Virus record (IMG/VR): IMGVR_UViG_3300032255_000018
Location: 1-28,649 of that record
Strand: one strand, 5' to 3'
DNA length: 28,649 bases
Source: a virus
Taxonomy: Duplodnaviria; Caudoviricetes
The translations under genes and the position numbers were made by a program. The first letter of the stretch is position 1; the number at the start of each line of letters is the position of its first letter. Positions 8,048 through 17,021 of the stretch are shown piece after piece. The notes under the pieces were generated by a model, which saw only the letters and a program-made list of their open reading frames with translations, did not search any database and was not told where the DNA came from.

Positions 8048-8319
8048 GTGCTGCAAAAACGGCGAAGAAAAAAACCACCCGGACTACAAAACAGGGGACC
8101 AATAAGGAGAGTTCCACAAGTACCTCGGCAGATACAACCGCAACCAGGTGTCCCAAATGCGGATCGACAGAGCGGATCCCGTATCAACAGAAAAAAGAGA
8201 TTGAAACTTCCGGGCTTGCCCCGGATGGAAAACCAGCAACTCACATTTTACTCCAGTGGACTCGGTGTAATTGCTGTATGCAGTCGCGAGTAGATCGTAC
8301 TTACCACAACAGGACATAA
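8044..8319 (+). CDS. Small zinc-ribbon protein
   Basis: CPKCGS ... CNCC cysteine pairs; ATGA overlap with terL stop. Confidence 0.7.
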   Translation: MSAAKTAKKKTTRTTKQGTNKESSTSTSADTTATRCPKCGSTERIPYQQKKEIETSGLAPDGKPATHILLQWTRCNCCMQSRVDRTYHNRT

Positions 8320-8324
8320 AGAAA

Positions 8325-8519
8325 ATGCCCGTAGATTACACCGCAGAAATCGCAGAAATCGAGGACGTTCTCAATTCCGGTATCACCGAGACAATGGAAG
8401 ATGGCCAGATGGTCCGCCTGGACCTGCAGCATCTTCGCCGGCGGCTGGCAGAACTGAAACGACTGAGCGGCCTAAAGAAAAAACGACCACGATTCGGCAG
8501 CATTAACCTGGGAAGCTAA
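8325..8519 (+). CDS. Head-tail joining/head completion protein (gpW-like)
   Basis: 64 aa helix-hairpin-helix pattern with basic tail; between terL and portal as in lambda. Confidence 0.65.
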   Translation: MPVDYTAEIAEIEDVLNSGITETMEDGQMVRLDLQHLRRRLAELKRLSGLKKKRPRFGSINLGS

Positions 8520-8520
8520 T

Positions 8521-10038
8521 TTGAGTAATCATCCTTTTCACTTTTCAGACTGGACTGATAACGGTCAGACTCTTGCCGTCCCCACCAAGACGACAGGATT
8601 AGGATACGCAGCGGCTGAAAACAGCAACCGCCGCAAGTCTCCCCCGCTCGATCTGGGGACCGAAGATCGAGTTCTGGACCGCAATAAACGCCGCCGGCTG
8701 ATGTCGAATACTCGCGATCTGCGCCGCAACTTTGCCCTGGCGGCCTGGATCGTTCGCAAGCATCTGGATTATGTGGCCAGTTTTTCTTTTCAAATGCGAT
8801 CCGGTGATGAGGATCTTGATAAAGAGATTGAGCGCAAACTGAAACAGTGGTCGAAGCCGAAGAACTGCGATGTCTCGGCGCGGTTCTCTTTGCGAAAAAT
8901 GCTCCGCATGGTGGAGGCGAAATCTGTCGTTGATGGCGATTGCGGATTACTCAAAGTCTCAAAGAATCGCGGCGGTCGGCGGATTTCTCAGTTGCAGGGG
9001 ATCGAGGGGGATCGGATCAAAGATCCTGATCTGCCTGGACGCAAGGATGCAGAACAATGGGTGCAGGGAATCAAAGTTGATTCGGCTTATCGGCATCTGG
9101 CGTATTCAATTTACAAGCGAGACAAAGGCCGGCGGATGACACCGGAACGAATCGTCCCCGCTAGGAATATGATCTGGCATAATGGCTTTGTTGATAACTT
9201 CGACCAGGCACGCGGAATCTCGCCACTTTCATCCGCCCTGAACACGATGCGTGATTTGCATGAGAATTTTGATTACGCACTCAGCCGGGCGAAAATTTCC
9301 CAACTCTTTGCGTTTGCGATCACACGCGATATCGCTGCGATGGAAGAGGAAGCCGACAGCGGCTACGGCAATTACAAGAATTCAAAAACCGGCGTCAACC
9401 TGGATGATGAAACGCCCGCGGATCAGGACGATTCCCCGGAATACGATGTCGATTTCGGGAAAGGACCGGCATTCCTGGATATGGAACCGGGACATGACGC
9501 GAAGTTCCTGGAGTCTCAGCAGCCGAGTGATCAGTTCCGTGAATTCACGATGACGATGCTGCAACTGGCGATGAAAGCACTCGATATCCCCTTCTCATTT
9601 TACTCCGAAAACTTCACCAACTTTTTCGGATCGCGCGGAGCCTTGCAGCATTACGAGCGATCTTGCCGCGATAAACGAGAGACATTGCAAGGGATTCTCG
9701 ATGAGATTACCCGCTACATGATTATGACCTGGATTCTCAATGGGGAAATCGAACTATCAAAAGGAATGAAACTTTCTGATCTGGTCTGGGAATGGGTCGC
9801 CGATGGAATTCCGTGGTGGGATCCCGCCAAGGAAATCAAAGGTGATGTGATGGCGATCGGAGCCGGCCTGGACACCCCGCAGCGTGTTTGTAAGGAGAGA
9901 GGTCGCGGAGATTTCTTTGAGAATATCGATGAAATTTCCAAAGCGGTGCAGTACGCAAAAGAAAAAGGCGTTCCGATTTCTTTCTCGGTTGAGAAAAAGA
10001 AAGAGAAAAACAAAGCCAATGACACAAACAACAATTAA
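8521..10038 (+). CDS. Portal protein, lambda family
   Basis: RDLRRN, DQARGISPL, NFFGSR, WWDPAKE motifs; 505 aa; position. Confidence 0.92.
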   Translation: MSNHPFHFSDWTDNGQTLAVPTKTTGLGYAAAENSNRRKSPPLDLGTEDRVLDRNKRRRLMSNTRDLRRNFALAAWIVRKHLDYVASFSFQMRSGDEDLDKEIERKLKQWSKPKNCDVSARFSLRKMLRMVEAKSVVDGDCGLLKVSKNRGGRRISQLQGIEGDRIKDPDLPGRKDAEQWVQGIKVDSAYRHLAYSIYKRDKGRRMTPERIVPARNMIWHNGFVDNFDQARGISPLSSALNTMRDLHENFDYALSRAKISQLFAFAITRDIAAMEEEADSGYGNYKNSKTGVNLDDETPADQDDSPEYDVDFGKGPAFLDMEPGHDAKFLESQQPSDQFREFTMTMLQLAMKALDIPFSFYSENFTNFFGSRGALQHYERSCRDKRETLQGILDEITRYMIMTWILNGEIELSKGMKLSDLVWEWVADGIPWWDPAKEIKGDVMAIGAGLDTPQRVCKERGRGDFFENIDEISKAVQYAKEKGVPISFSVEKKKEKNKANDTNNN

Positions 10039-11044
10039 ACAAGTTCCCGTCACCGCTCTTTCCGCTCCCGCCACTTTACTGATGGCTGGAGAGGAACAGG
10101 AAAATCAGTGGCCGATCAAACTGCAAGCCCGCTCCAAGGAAGTGTTGGATCATTGGTATTGGGGACGCATCGTTCACGATTTTGCAGGGATGGAACACAA
10201 AGAGAAAATCCCGGTCGATTATTGCCACGATAGCTGTGAAGTGTTGGGATTCTGCGATCAGTTTGAACTGACGGACTACGGCCTGGAACTTTCCGGGCAT
10301 GTGATCTCCGCATCGGAAGCGGATCGTTCGGCGGAAGTCGCTTTGAAGGCGAAAGCGGGGATTCCTTACGAAGCCTCGATCACATTCTCGCATGAAGGAC
10401 TACAAACCGAGTATATCCCAGAGGGCCGAACCGCCCAGGTTAATGGCGAAGAACTCGCGGGCCCGTTGACGATTTTTCGGACATGGAAATTGATGGGCGT
10501 GGCGGTCTGCCCATTTGGTTATGACTCGAACACATCGACGGAAATGTCGAAACGTGATCAATTTATTGAACTCTCAATCTCAGGAGGTGAAGAAATGCCC
10601 GGTAAAGGCACAAAAACAGAGCAAACAAAAACGGACGAATCCACTGACCTGAGCAATCAGGGGGCGGAATCAGGTTCCGAAACAAAAACTGAACTCCAGA
10701 AACAGGAGAGTGAAAAAACCGAGCCGGGTAAAAAAGAGACTGGCCTGGCGAAGTCTCGCGATGATGTCCGCACCGAACTGGAATTGTTTGTGGAACGCTT
10801 CGGATCGGCGGATGGAACGCAGTATTTCATCGAAAAGCTGTCTCTGGAAACTTCACTGGATCGCCATGCTCGCAAGCTCGAAACCGAACTGGCGGCGAAA
10901 GAAAAGGAAATTACCGAGTTGAAAGCGAAACTCGAATCGGTGGAACTGGGCGAAACGGATCCTGTTTCTTCCGGAGAATCTCATTCGGGTGGTACTGCGA
11001 GTGCCAAAACCGGCTTGGAAGCGGCAATTAGGATGCCTGGTTAA
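10019..11044 (+). CDS. Prohead maturation protease with C-terminal scaffold region
   Basis: IPVDYCH, PYEASI, VAVCPFGYDSNT motifs; charged coiled-coil C-terminus; between portal and capsid. Confidence 0.8.
   Translation: MTQTTIKQVPVTALSAPATLLMAGEEQENQWPIKLQARSKEVLDHWYWGRIVHDFAGMEHKEKIPVDYCHDSCEVLGFCDQFELTDYGLELSGHVISASEADRSAEVALKAKAGIPYEASITFSHEGLQTEYIPEGRTAQVNGEELAGPLTIFRTWKLMGVAVCPFGYDSNTSTEMSKRDQFIELSISGGEEMPGKGTKTEQTKTDESTDLSNQGAESGSETKTELQKQESEKTEPGKKETGLAKSRDDVRTELELFVERFGSADGTQYFIEKLSLETSLDRHARKLETELAAKEKEITELKAKLESVELGETDPVSSGESHSGGTASAKTGLEAAIRMPG
10595..11044 (+). CDS. Nested in-frame scaffolding protein (internal start)
   Basis: AGGAGGTG (10582-10589) precedes in-frame ATG at 10595, at the end of the protease domain. 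Confidence 0.6.
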   Translation: MPGKGTKTEQTKTDESTDLSNQGAESGSETKTELQKQESEKTEPGKKETGLAKSRDDVRTELELFVERFGSADGTQYFIEKLSLETSLDRHARKLETELAAKEKEITELKAKLESVELGETDPVSSGESHSGGTASAKTGLEAAIRMPG

Positions 11045-11137
11045 AGCTAAGCCACTCAAATCAAACGGACTTCATTTTGTGTTTATCAAACGAGAGGGAA
11101 TTAGTAACCCCCTCCCCTCCTAAAGGAATCAATTTCA

Positions 11138-12079
11138 ATGGCAAACAATTTTCTTACTCTGGCTGATCTACTCAAGATCGACACGGCGGGGGCTTCTGAT
11201 ATTGAAGTTTCTGATCTGTTGAACAAAGCACAGATCATCAATCGCATTGCTGCCGGCACCGCATCGAACGGAACGCAGCATCAATACCTCAAAGAGACCG
11301 GCGCACCAGTGGTTGGTTTTCGAGAACCGAATGCCGGTCGAGACGTGAGTAAGTCATCCGATACGCTCGTTACAATTGCCTTGAAAATTCTCTCGGCAAA
11401 TACGATGTGCGACAAGGCCCTGGCTGATGTCCACAAAAGAGGAGCCGGGGCGTTTGTGGCTCGCGAAGCTCGCCGGCATTTACGACAAGCGTTCTTTGAA
11501 GCTGAAAAGCAGATGCTTTACGGCACCGGCAACGTTGCCGATGGATTCACCGGCCTGGTTGATAACGCCTCGGTTGCAACTTTGGCTGGCGAAATGGTCA
11601 TTGATGCTGGCGGAACAACTGCCAATACGGCATCGTCAATCTGGTTTATCGTTACCAATGACGACGAAACCGATGTGACAGTCATTGCTGGTCAGGATGG
11701 AGACATCGACATCGGTGAAACCATTGTCACCAAGCATGAAGATGTCGGTGGGAAAAGTTATCCCGTGTATTACACGCCGATTGAATCGTGGCTTGGTTTG
11801 CAGGTCGGGTGTAAATACTCGGTTGGTCGAATTGTCAACGTCACTCAGGACGCTGGTAAAGGCTTAACCGATGACCTGCTTTCCCAGATGTTGGAATTGT
11901 TCCCATCTGATAAACAGCCGGCATTGATCGGCATGAACCGTCGTTCTCGCGGGCAGTTGCAGCGGTCACGGACAACTTATTCGCCAACCGGTCTTCCGGC
12001 ACCATTGCCAACGGATTATGAAGGCGTGCCGATTGTGCCTGCTGAATCAATCCCGAATACCGAAGCCCTGGTCGTGTAA
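11138..12079 (+). CDS. Major capsid protein (HK97 fold, epsilon15 gp7-like)
   Basis: LTLADL N-terminus, FREPNAG, LYG...DGFTGL, IDAGGT...SSIW, YEGVPI...IPNTEA C-terminus; AAGGA RBS. Confidence 0.85.
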   Translation: MANNFLTLADLLKIDTAGASDIEVSDLLNKAQIINRIAAGTASNGTQHQYLKETGAPVVGFREPNAGRDVSKSSDTLVTIALKILSANTMCDKALADVHKRGAGAFVAREARRHLRQAFFEAEKQMLYGTGNVADGFTGLVDNASVATLAGEMVIDAGGTTANTASSIWFIVTNDDETDVTVIAGQDGDIDIGETIVTKHEDVGGKSYPVYYTPIESWLGLQVGCKYSVGRIVNVTQDAGKGLTDDLLSQMLELFPSDKQPALIGMNRRSRGQLQRSRTTYSPTGLPAPLPTDYEGVPIVPAESIPNTEALVV

Positions 12080-12093
12080 GGTAAAACCGGCAA

Positions 12094-12468
12094 ATGAGTA
12101 TTGGAGCAACAGCGGCAAAAATTGCCCGACGTTCTCATAAGCGAACAAGCGGCGTTCCGATCACGTACAAACGTGGCGGAACGTCGTTATCGCTTGTGGC
12201 AACCATCGGCACCACACGCCGTGACCAGCAACACAACGATGGTTACGTTGCTCGAAAACAGATACGGGATTTTCTGATTGATGTCGCTGATCTGTCTCTT
12301 GGCGAACCGGAACTGGATGACGAAATCGAAGAGACAGCCGGAGGAATCGTTTATGTGTATCGCCTGGTATCTCCCGGAGGCTCCGAAGAACCGTTTCGTT
12401 ATTCTGATCGCCATCGTCTGGTCTGGCGTCTGCATGTGGAACTGATCGAAGAAAGAGTGGCTGCGTGA
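12094..12468 (+). CDS. Head-tail joining/head closure protein
   Basis: 124 aa, beta-rich with EPELDDEIEE motif; position after capsid. Confidence 0.65.
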   Translation: MSIGATAAKIARRSHKRTSGVPITYKRGGTSLSLVATIGTTRRDQQHNDGYVARKQIRDFLIDVADLSLGEPELDDEIEETAGGIVYVYRLVSPGGSEEPFRYSDRHRLVWRLHVELIEERVAA

Positions 12469-12923
12469 TTGATCCGAACGATGACATCCCGATTCAACTG
12501 GCGGAAACGCTCGTTTCTGTTCTCAATATAGATTTTGCGGGCGTGTTCATTTCCGAATTTGATTTCGTTGTCGAAAACGATGTAAAGGAATTGAAGGATC
12601 TGAAAGTCACGATTGTTCCGGGTGGATTGGATGCTTCAGAATTGCTGGATCGGGGCGCGACCGTTGAAAACGACTGGCTGGTCGGGATCGGATTTCAGCA
12701 GCGGGTTTCTCGCAAGGGTGACGTGGAAACAAAAGCGATCTTAAAAATTGTTCGCCAGGTCCGCGATTACATCAACCGGAATCGGATCATCACGATTGGC
12801 GATGATGAATTCTTGATTGAATCGATTGAAAGCCGCCCTTATTTGGATCAAGAACTACTCTTGAGTGGGCATTTCTACTCGGCGATCGTTCTCACGATTC
12901 GGGAATGGGAGGATCTGGACTGA
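12465..12923 (+). CDS. Putative tail terminator/neck protein
   Basis: 152 aa acidic; GTGA overlap; position in connector module. Confidence 0.55.
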   Translation: MIDPNDDIPIQLAETLVSVLNIDFAGVFISEFDFVVENDVKELKDLKVTIVPGGLDASELLDRGATVENDWLVGIGFQQRVSRKGDVETKAILKIVRQVRDYINRNRIITIGDDEFLIESIESRPYLDQELLLSGHFYSAIVLTIREWEDLD

Positions 12924-13405
12924 TGCAGCTTCCCCAGGTCGGAAACATGCTTCCCTCAATCCGGGTCGATCAGTTTTTCGACCGTCCGGGAGTGCTTCGG
13001 TATCTGTCGAAAAAAGAAGCGAAGTATCTCAATCGATCTGGCGGAGCAATCCGACTGACCGCAAAACGTTCCATTCGCAAACGAAAAGGAATCAGTAAGC
13101 CAGGCAGCCCGCCCAGTTCCCATGAAGGATCACTACGGCGGTTCATGTTTTACGGACTGGATAAAACCAATGGATCGGTTGTGGTTGGTCCGTCTGCGAT
13201 CATGCGACAAAGCAGCGGAACGGAAAAACGAGGAGCTTCGCTGCTTGAATTCGGCGGCTGGACACGGCGAAAAAAGACCAGGTATGACCGCAAAGGACAA
13301 CGTTACAAGGTTATTGAGAGGCTGCATTATAAGGCCAGACCGTTTATGCAGCCTGCCCTGGAGAAAATCGAACCACGACTTCCGCAGATGTTCGCGGATG
13401 CTTAA
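12923..13405 (+). CDS. HK97 gp10-like tail completion/neck protein
   Basis: Basic; SKPGSPP..HEGSLRR, LLEFGG, ARPFMQPA motifs; TGATG coupling at 12921-12925. Confidence 0.75.
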   Translation: MQLPQVGNMLPSIRVDQFFDRPGVLRYLSKKEAKYLNRSGGAIRLTAKRSIRKRKGISKPGSPPSSHEGSLRRFMFYGLDKTNGSVVVGPSAIMRQSSGTEKRGASLLEFGGWTRRKKTRYDRKGQRYKVIERLHYKARPFMQPALEKIEPRLPQMFADA

Positions 13406-13426
13406 CCATCCTGAAAGGAATCAATA

Positions 13427-13864
13427 ATGGGACGTACACGAATCGGGCTGAAAGCCAAAGCCTACGCCATGATCGGCGCGACAGAAACCGAAATCGACAT
13501 CATCAAAGAGCAAGTCCAGATGACGCTCACTAAAAATGAAGCGGATGTTTCGGGACGGGGTGACGAATGGGACTTGGTTCGCGGGACCACGAAAGTCAAT
13601 TCAATTGATTTTCAAATCCTCGATAAAGATGGGGATACGATCAAGGATACTTTCCTCGATTCCTTCCTAAACGGCACCCCGATTGAAATGTGGTTCCTCA
13701 ATTTCGCGAAAGCGACATCTGGGGCGGAAGGCCCCCACGCTGAATATGAAGTGTTCCAGATGAATCGGACCGAAGTCCGTAAAGAGGGCATCGTTTACGA
13801 TATCACACTCAAGCCGACCGATGGCCCAACCGCCGGGCTTCCGGAGTGGTATATCGAGGCTTAA
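13427..13864 (+). CDS. Major tail (tube) protein
   Basis: 145 aa beta-rich, EADVSGR..W motif; AAAGGA RBS; upstream of chaperones and tape measure. Confidence 0.75.
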   Translation: MGRTRIGLKAKAYAMIGATETEIDIIKEQVQMTLTKNEADVSGRGDEWDLVRGTTKVNSIDFQILDKDGDTIKDTFLDSFLNGTPIEMWFLNFAKATSGAEGPHAEYEVFQMNRTEVRKEGIVYDITLKPTDGPTAGLPEWYIEA

Positions 13865-13920
13865 TCCGGCTTGTTGCCTGGCTTTTTGAGCGTTTATTTT
13901 CTTTTGTCAAGGTGATTTTC

Positions 13921-14358
13921 ATGCGACTGTTTCACGACGATGCAGATCGGCAATGGCGGTTGTCCATAAATGTGGCAACCGTCAAGCGGGTTCGGCGGAT
14001 CTTCTCTGAAGGCGGTGAGCCGTTTGATTTGCTCGATGCTGATCTGCCTATCAAGCTCGCAAACGATCCAGCCTTGTTCGCTGATCTACTCTGGGAACTG
14101 GTTGATAAGAGCCAGCATCCCGGTGTCACGCCGGAACAATTCGGCGAAGCCCTGGGTGGCGATGCGATTGAGCGGGCCAGCGATGCTTTCGTAGAGGAAC
14201 TGTTTGATTTTTTCCCGAAAGGCCGCCGGGATCTGAATCGAGCGATTTACCGGAAGATCAAGAAAACACAGGCGGCCTTGATCGAGAAGACGGTGAAGGA
14301 CATCGAAAACTCGACATCCTTAGAAGATGTTACGAATTATCCGGAATTGTTGGAGTAA
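13921..14358 (+). CDS. Tail assembly chaperone (gpG-like)
   Basis: AAGGTGA RBS before ATG 13921; ends near DFF slippery site; between tube and tape measure genes. Confidence 0.75.
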   Translation: MRLFHDDADRQWRLSINVATVKRVRRIFSEGGEPFDLLDADLPIKLANDPALFADLLWELVDKSQHPGVTPEQFGEALGGDAIERASDAFVEELFDFFPKGRRDLNRAIYRKIKKTQAALIEKTVKDIENSTSLEDVTNYPELLE

Positions 14359-14588
14359 ACCCCAATCCATTCACGCTGCGGGAACTCGAATGGATGTCCG
14401 AGGCTCGCCAGCGTGAAAAGTGGGACCACACTTCTGACGTATTGGCGCTTCTGGCGAATTGCCACAAAGCAGAAGAGACCGAACCATTTTCTCGTTCTTC
14501 GTTTCATCCGTTTCACCAATCCGAAGAAAAGCAGGAGCCGGACATCGAAACAGATGATATCACCATCCTGAAATCGCTTTACCAGTAG
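14208..14588 (+). CDS. Tail assembly chaperone gpT-like frame, reached by -1 frameshift (gpGT = 13921-14588)
   Basis: -1 frame is open from just after TGA 14205-14207 to 14588; T_TTT_TTC heptamer at 14208-14214 in the correct phase. Confidence 0.7.
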   Translation, partial: FFPERPPGSESSDLPEDQENTGGLDREDGEGHRKLDILRRCYELSGIVGVNPNPFTLRELEWMSEARQREKWDHTSDVLALLANCHKAEETEPFSRSSFHPFHQSEEKQEPDIETDDITILKSLYQ

Positions 14589-14594
14589 GAACCG

Positions 14595-17021
14595 ATGTCA
14601 GCACGCGACACACGCGCCGGAGGCGCTTACGTTGAGGTCTACGCCAAGACCAGTAAAGCAGAGCGTGCGATGAAACGCATGGCGAACAGGATGCGTGCGT
14701 TCGGAAATCAGGTCAAGTCCATCGGGCGGAACATGGTGATGGGCGGCACGCTGGCGATTGCCGGTTTAGTGCCGGTTATTTCGACACTTGCGAGCTTCCA
14801 GGATAAAGTTTCCGCCGTCAAAGCAGTCACCGGTGCAACTGCCGATGAAATGGCAACCCTTGCGACCAAGGCAAAAGAGCTTGGAGCCGCGACCAGCTTC
14901 TCGGCTTCTCAGGTTGCCGAAGCGATGGTTGAATTAGGCCGGGCCGGGTTCAATCCGCAAGAGATTGATCTGGCAATCGAAAGTATGCTCAGTTTGTCGC
15001 GAGCAACAGACACCGATTTAGCAGAAGCAACCGCGATTGCTGGCGCTTCATTAAGGCAGTTCAATCTTGAAGCCTCAGAAATGGGTCGCGTGACCGATGT
15101 TCTGACAGCAACTGCAAACGGTTCTTCGCAAACACTGACCGATCTGGGAGAGGCATTAAAGCCAGTCGCTCCCATTGCCGCCGAAGCGGGAGAATCCATT
15201 GAGCAAGTCAGTGCGTCAATTGCCATCCTCGCGGATAACGGCATCAAAGGTTCGCTGGCAGGTAGCGCACTGGCTCGTGCTTACAAGAATCTCTCATCAA
15301 ACAAGGTTGCAGAAACCCTGAAATCAATCGGTGTAGAATCGGTCGATGCAAATGGGAACCTGAAAACGATGTCTGTAATTCTTGCCGAAGTCGGTAAGGC
15401 GACAGCAGGCATGGGTTCTGCTCAGAAGCTGAACATCTTTGAAACTCTTTTTGGGCGAGGTCAGGCAGCCGCCTTGAAGTTAGCCAGAGCCGGCACCGTA
15501 TTTGATAACATCTTGGAGAAAATTGAAAAGAGCGGAGGAATTGCCAAAAAAACAGCGGAGGAAATGGATAACAATATTGGGGGTAAACTCCGCAAATTAA
15601 TGAGTGCGTTGGAAGGTTCGATGATTCGGCTTGGGGAAGCTGTACAGCCGGTGTTGGAGCCACTAATTAAGGATGTAACTGAATTCCTCGGCGTATCCAG
15701 TGAATGGATTTCACAGAATGAATTTCTTGTTCAGGATTTAGTCAAACTCACAGCCAGTGCAACTGCGTTTGGCGCAGCGATCTTTGTAGCTGGCACTGCA
15801 ATATCACTTGGTGGAACACTTATCAATGGTCTCACAGCCGCGATGGCTGGCCTAAAAGCGATGACAATCACAACAACTAGGTTGATGGTCGGGTTTGGGC
15901 TGGCCTTGGGAGCATTAGGAGTTGTCGGAGTAGTGTTCGTTGTTTCTCAGCTTACACATGAACTCTCCGGCCTGAACGATGAATTAGAACGTAGCCAGCG
16001 GGCAAGCAACAAACTGGCACAAAAAACATCGAGGGAGCAAAATAAAAAACTTGAAAAAGCAGACTCTATAGAAGATCCAGCAAAACGTGTCGAGTTTCTG
16101 GAAAAGGAATTATCCCGTGCTGAAAAAGTGAAAGAAGGACTCGCTTTTCGAGAGAAAAACGCAAACAAGCGAGTCTACGACACAAGCGGACTGATTCAGT
16201 ATTTTGCGAATCAGGGAGCGGGAAACAAAGCAGCAAAACAAGAACGCAAAGTTGCTCAACAGCAGTCAGATCAAGCAGAAGCCTTTGCCTATCTAATGAA
16301 AGACAAAATAAAGAAACTCAAAGCCAGTCAGGCGAAAAGCAAAAAGAAAATCAACAGCGGAACGGTCACTGATTCTTCCGGTTCAGATATCCCCGCTTTT
16401 GACGACGAAAAGTTCAACCAGGAATCTTTCGTCGATCAGGTTCTGGGAGATATTGAAACTCCAGCAGAAAAGTTTAGTCAGTTTGTTGAAAATCTGTCTG
16501 CTGCCCTGGAACGTGGAGACATTACCAACCAGCAATATGACCGAGCGTTTGAGTTGAAAAAATCACAACTGCTCACCCCGCAAAAAAGTGAGAAGCAACA
16601 AAATCTGGAATCGTTCGCTAACCAAGTGAAAGATCAGGCAAAAACACCGCTGGATGAATTCAAAGAGCGAATGCAGCAAGTCAATGAAGCGGTTAAACAG
16701 GGGCTGGTTGATAAAAAGACCGCAAACAAATTTCGCGATGAAGAATCAAAGTTGCTTGTCAAATCTCTGGGATTGGATGAACGAAAAAACGACACCGCCA
16801 TTCGAGCCAATAAAGCCGTGGAACTCGGATCATCGGAAGGGTTGAATGCGATAATCTCCGCTGCTTTCAAACCGAAGTCAGCAGACGAAAAACAGGTCAA
16901 ACACCTGGCAGCTTTACTGGTCAAGATGAGTACCGGAAACGCATCCCTGAACAAGATCGTCACGCACCTGCAAAACAGCCAGGTGATTAAAGAGACCAAC
17001 TGGAACGGGGGGAAAGCATGA
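14595..17021 (+). CDS. Tail tape measure protein (TP901 family)
   Basis: 808 aa Ala-rich helical; KELGAATSFSASQVAEAM..LGRAG, LADNGIKGS.AG motifs; hydrophobic mid-segment. Confidence 0.93.
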   Translation: MSARDTRAGGAYVEVYAKTSKAERAMKRMANRMRAFGNQVKSIGRNMVMGGTLAIAGLVPVISTLASFQDKVSAVKAVTGATADEMATLATKAKELGAATSFSASQVAEAMVELGRAGFNPQEIDLAIESMLSLSRATDTDLAEATAIAGASLRQFNLEASEMGRVTDVLTATANGSSQTLTDLGEALKPVAPIAAEAGESIEQVSASIAILADNGIKGSLAGSALARAYKNLSSNKVAETLKSIGVESVDANGNLKTMSVILAEVGKATAGMGSAQKLNIFETLFGRGQAAALKLARAGTVFDNILEKIEKSGGIAKKTAEEMDNNIGGKLRKLMSALEGSMIRLGEAVQPVLEPLIKDVTEFLGVSSEWISQNEFLVQDLVKLTASATAFGAAIFVAGTAISLGGTLINGLTAAMAGLKAMTITTTRLMVGFGLALGALGVVGVVFVVSQLTHELSGLNDELERSQRASNKLAQKTSREQNKKLEKADSIEDPAKRVEFLEKELSRAEKVKEGLAFREKNANKRVYDTSGLIQYFANQGAGNKAAKQERKVAQQQSDQAEAFAYLMKDKIKKLKASQAKSKKKINSGTVTDSSGSDIPAFDDEKFNQESFVDQVLGDIETPAEKFSQFVENLSAALERGDITNQQYDRAFELKKSQLLTPQKSEKQQNLESFANQVKDQAKTPLDEFKERMQQVNEAVKQGLVDKKTANKFRDEESKLLVKSLGLDERKNDTAIRANKAVELGSSEGLNAIISAAFKPKSADEKQVKHLAALLVKMSTGNASLNKIVTHLQNSQVIKETNWNGGKA

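Noticed and set aside
9884-10018. Longer N-termini given in the ORF track (9884; similarly 13846, 8271, 5279, 2024)
   Set aside because: They overlap upstream genes or structures; downstream ATGs have better RBS or coupling
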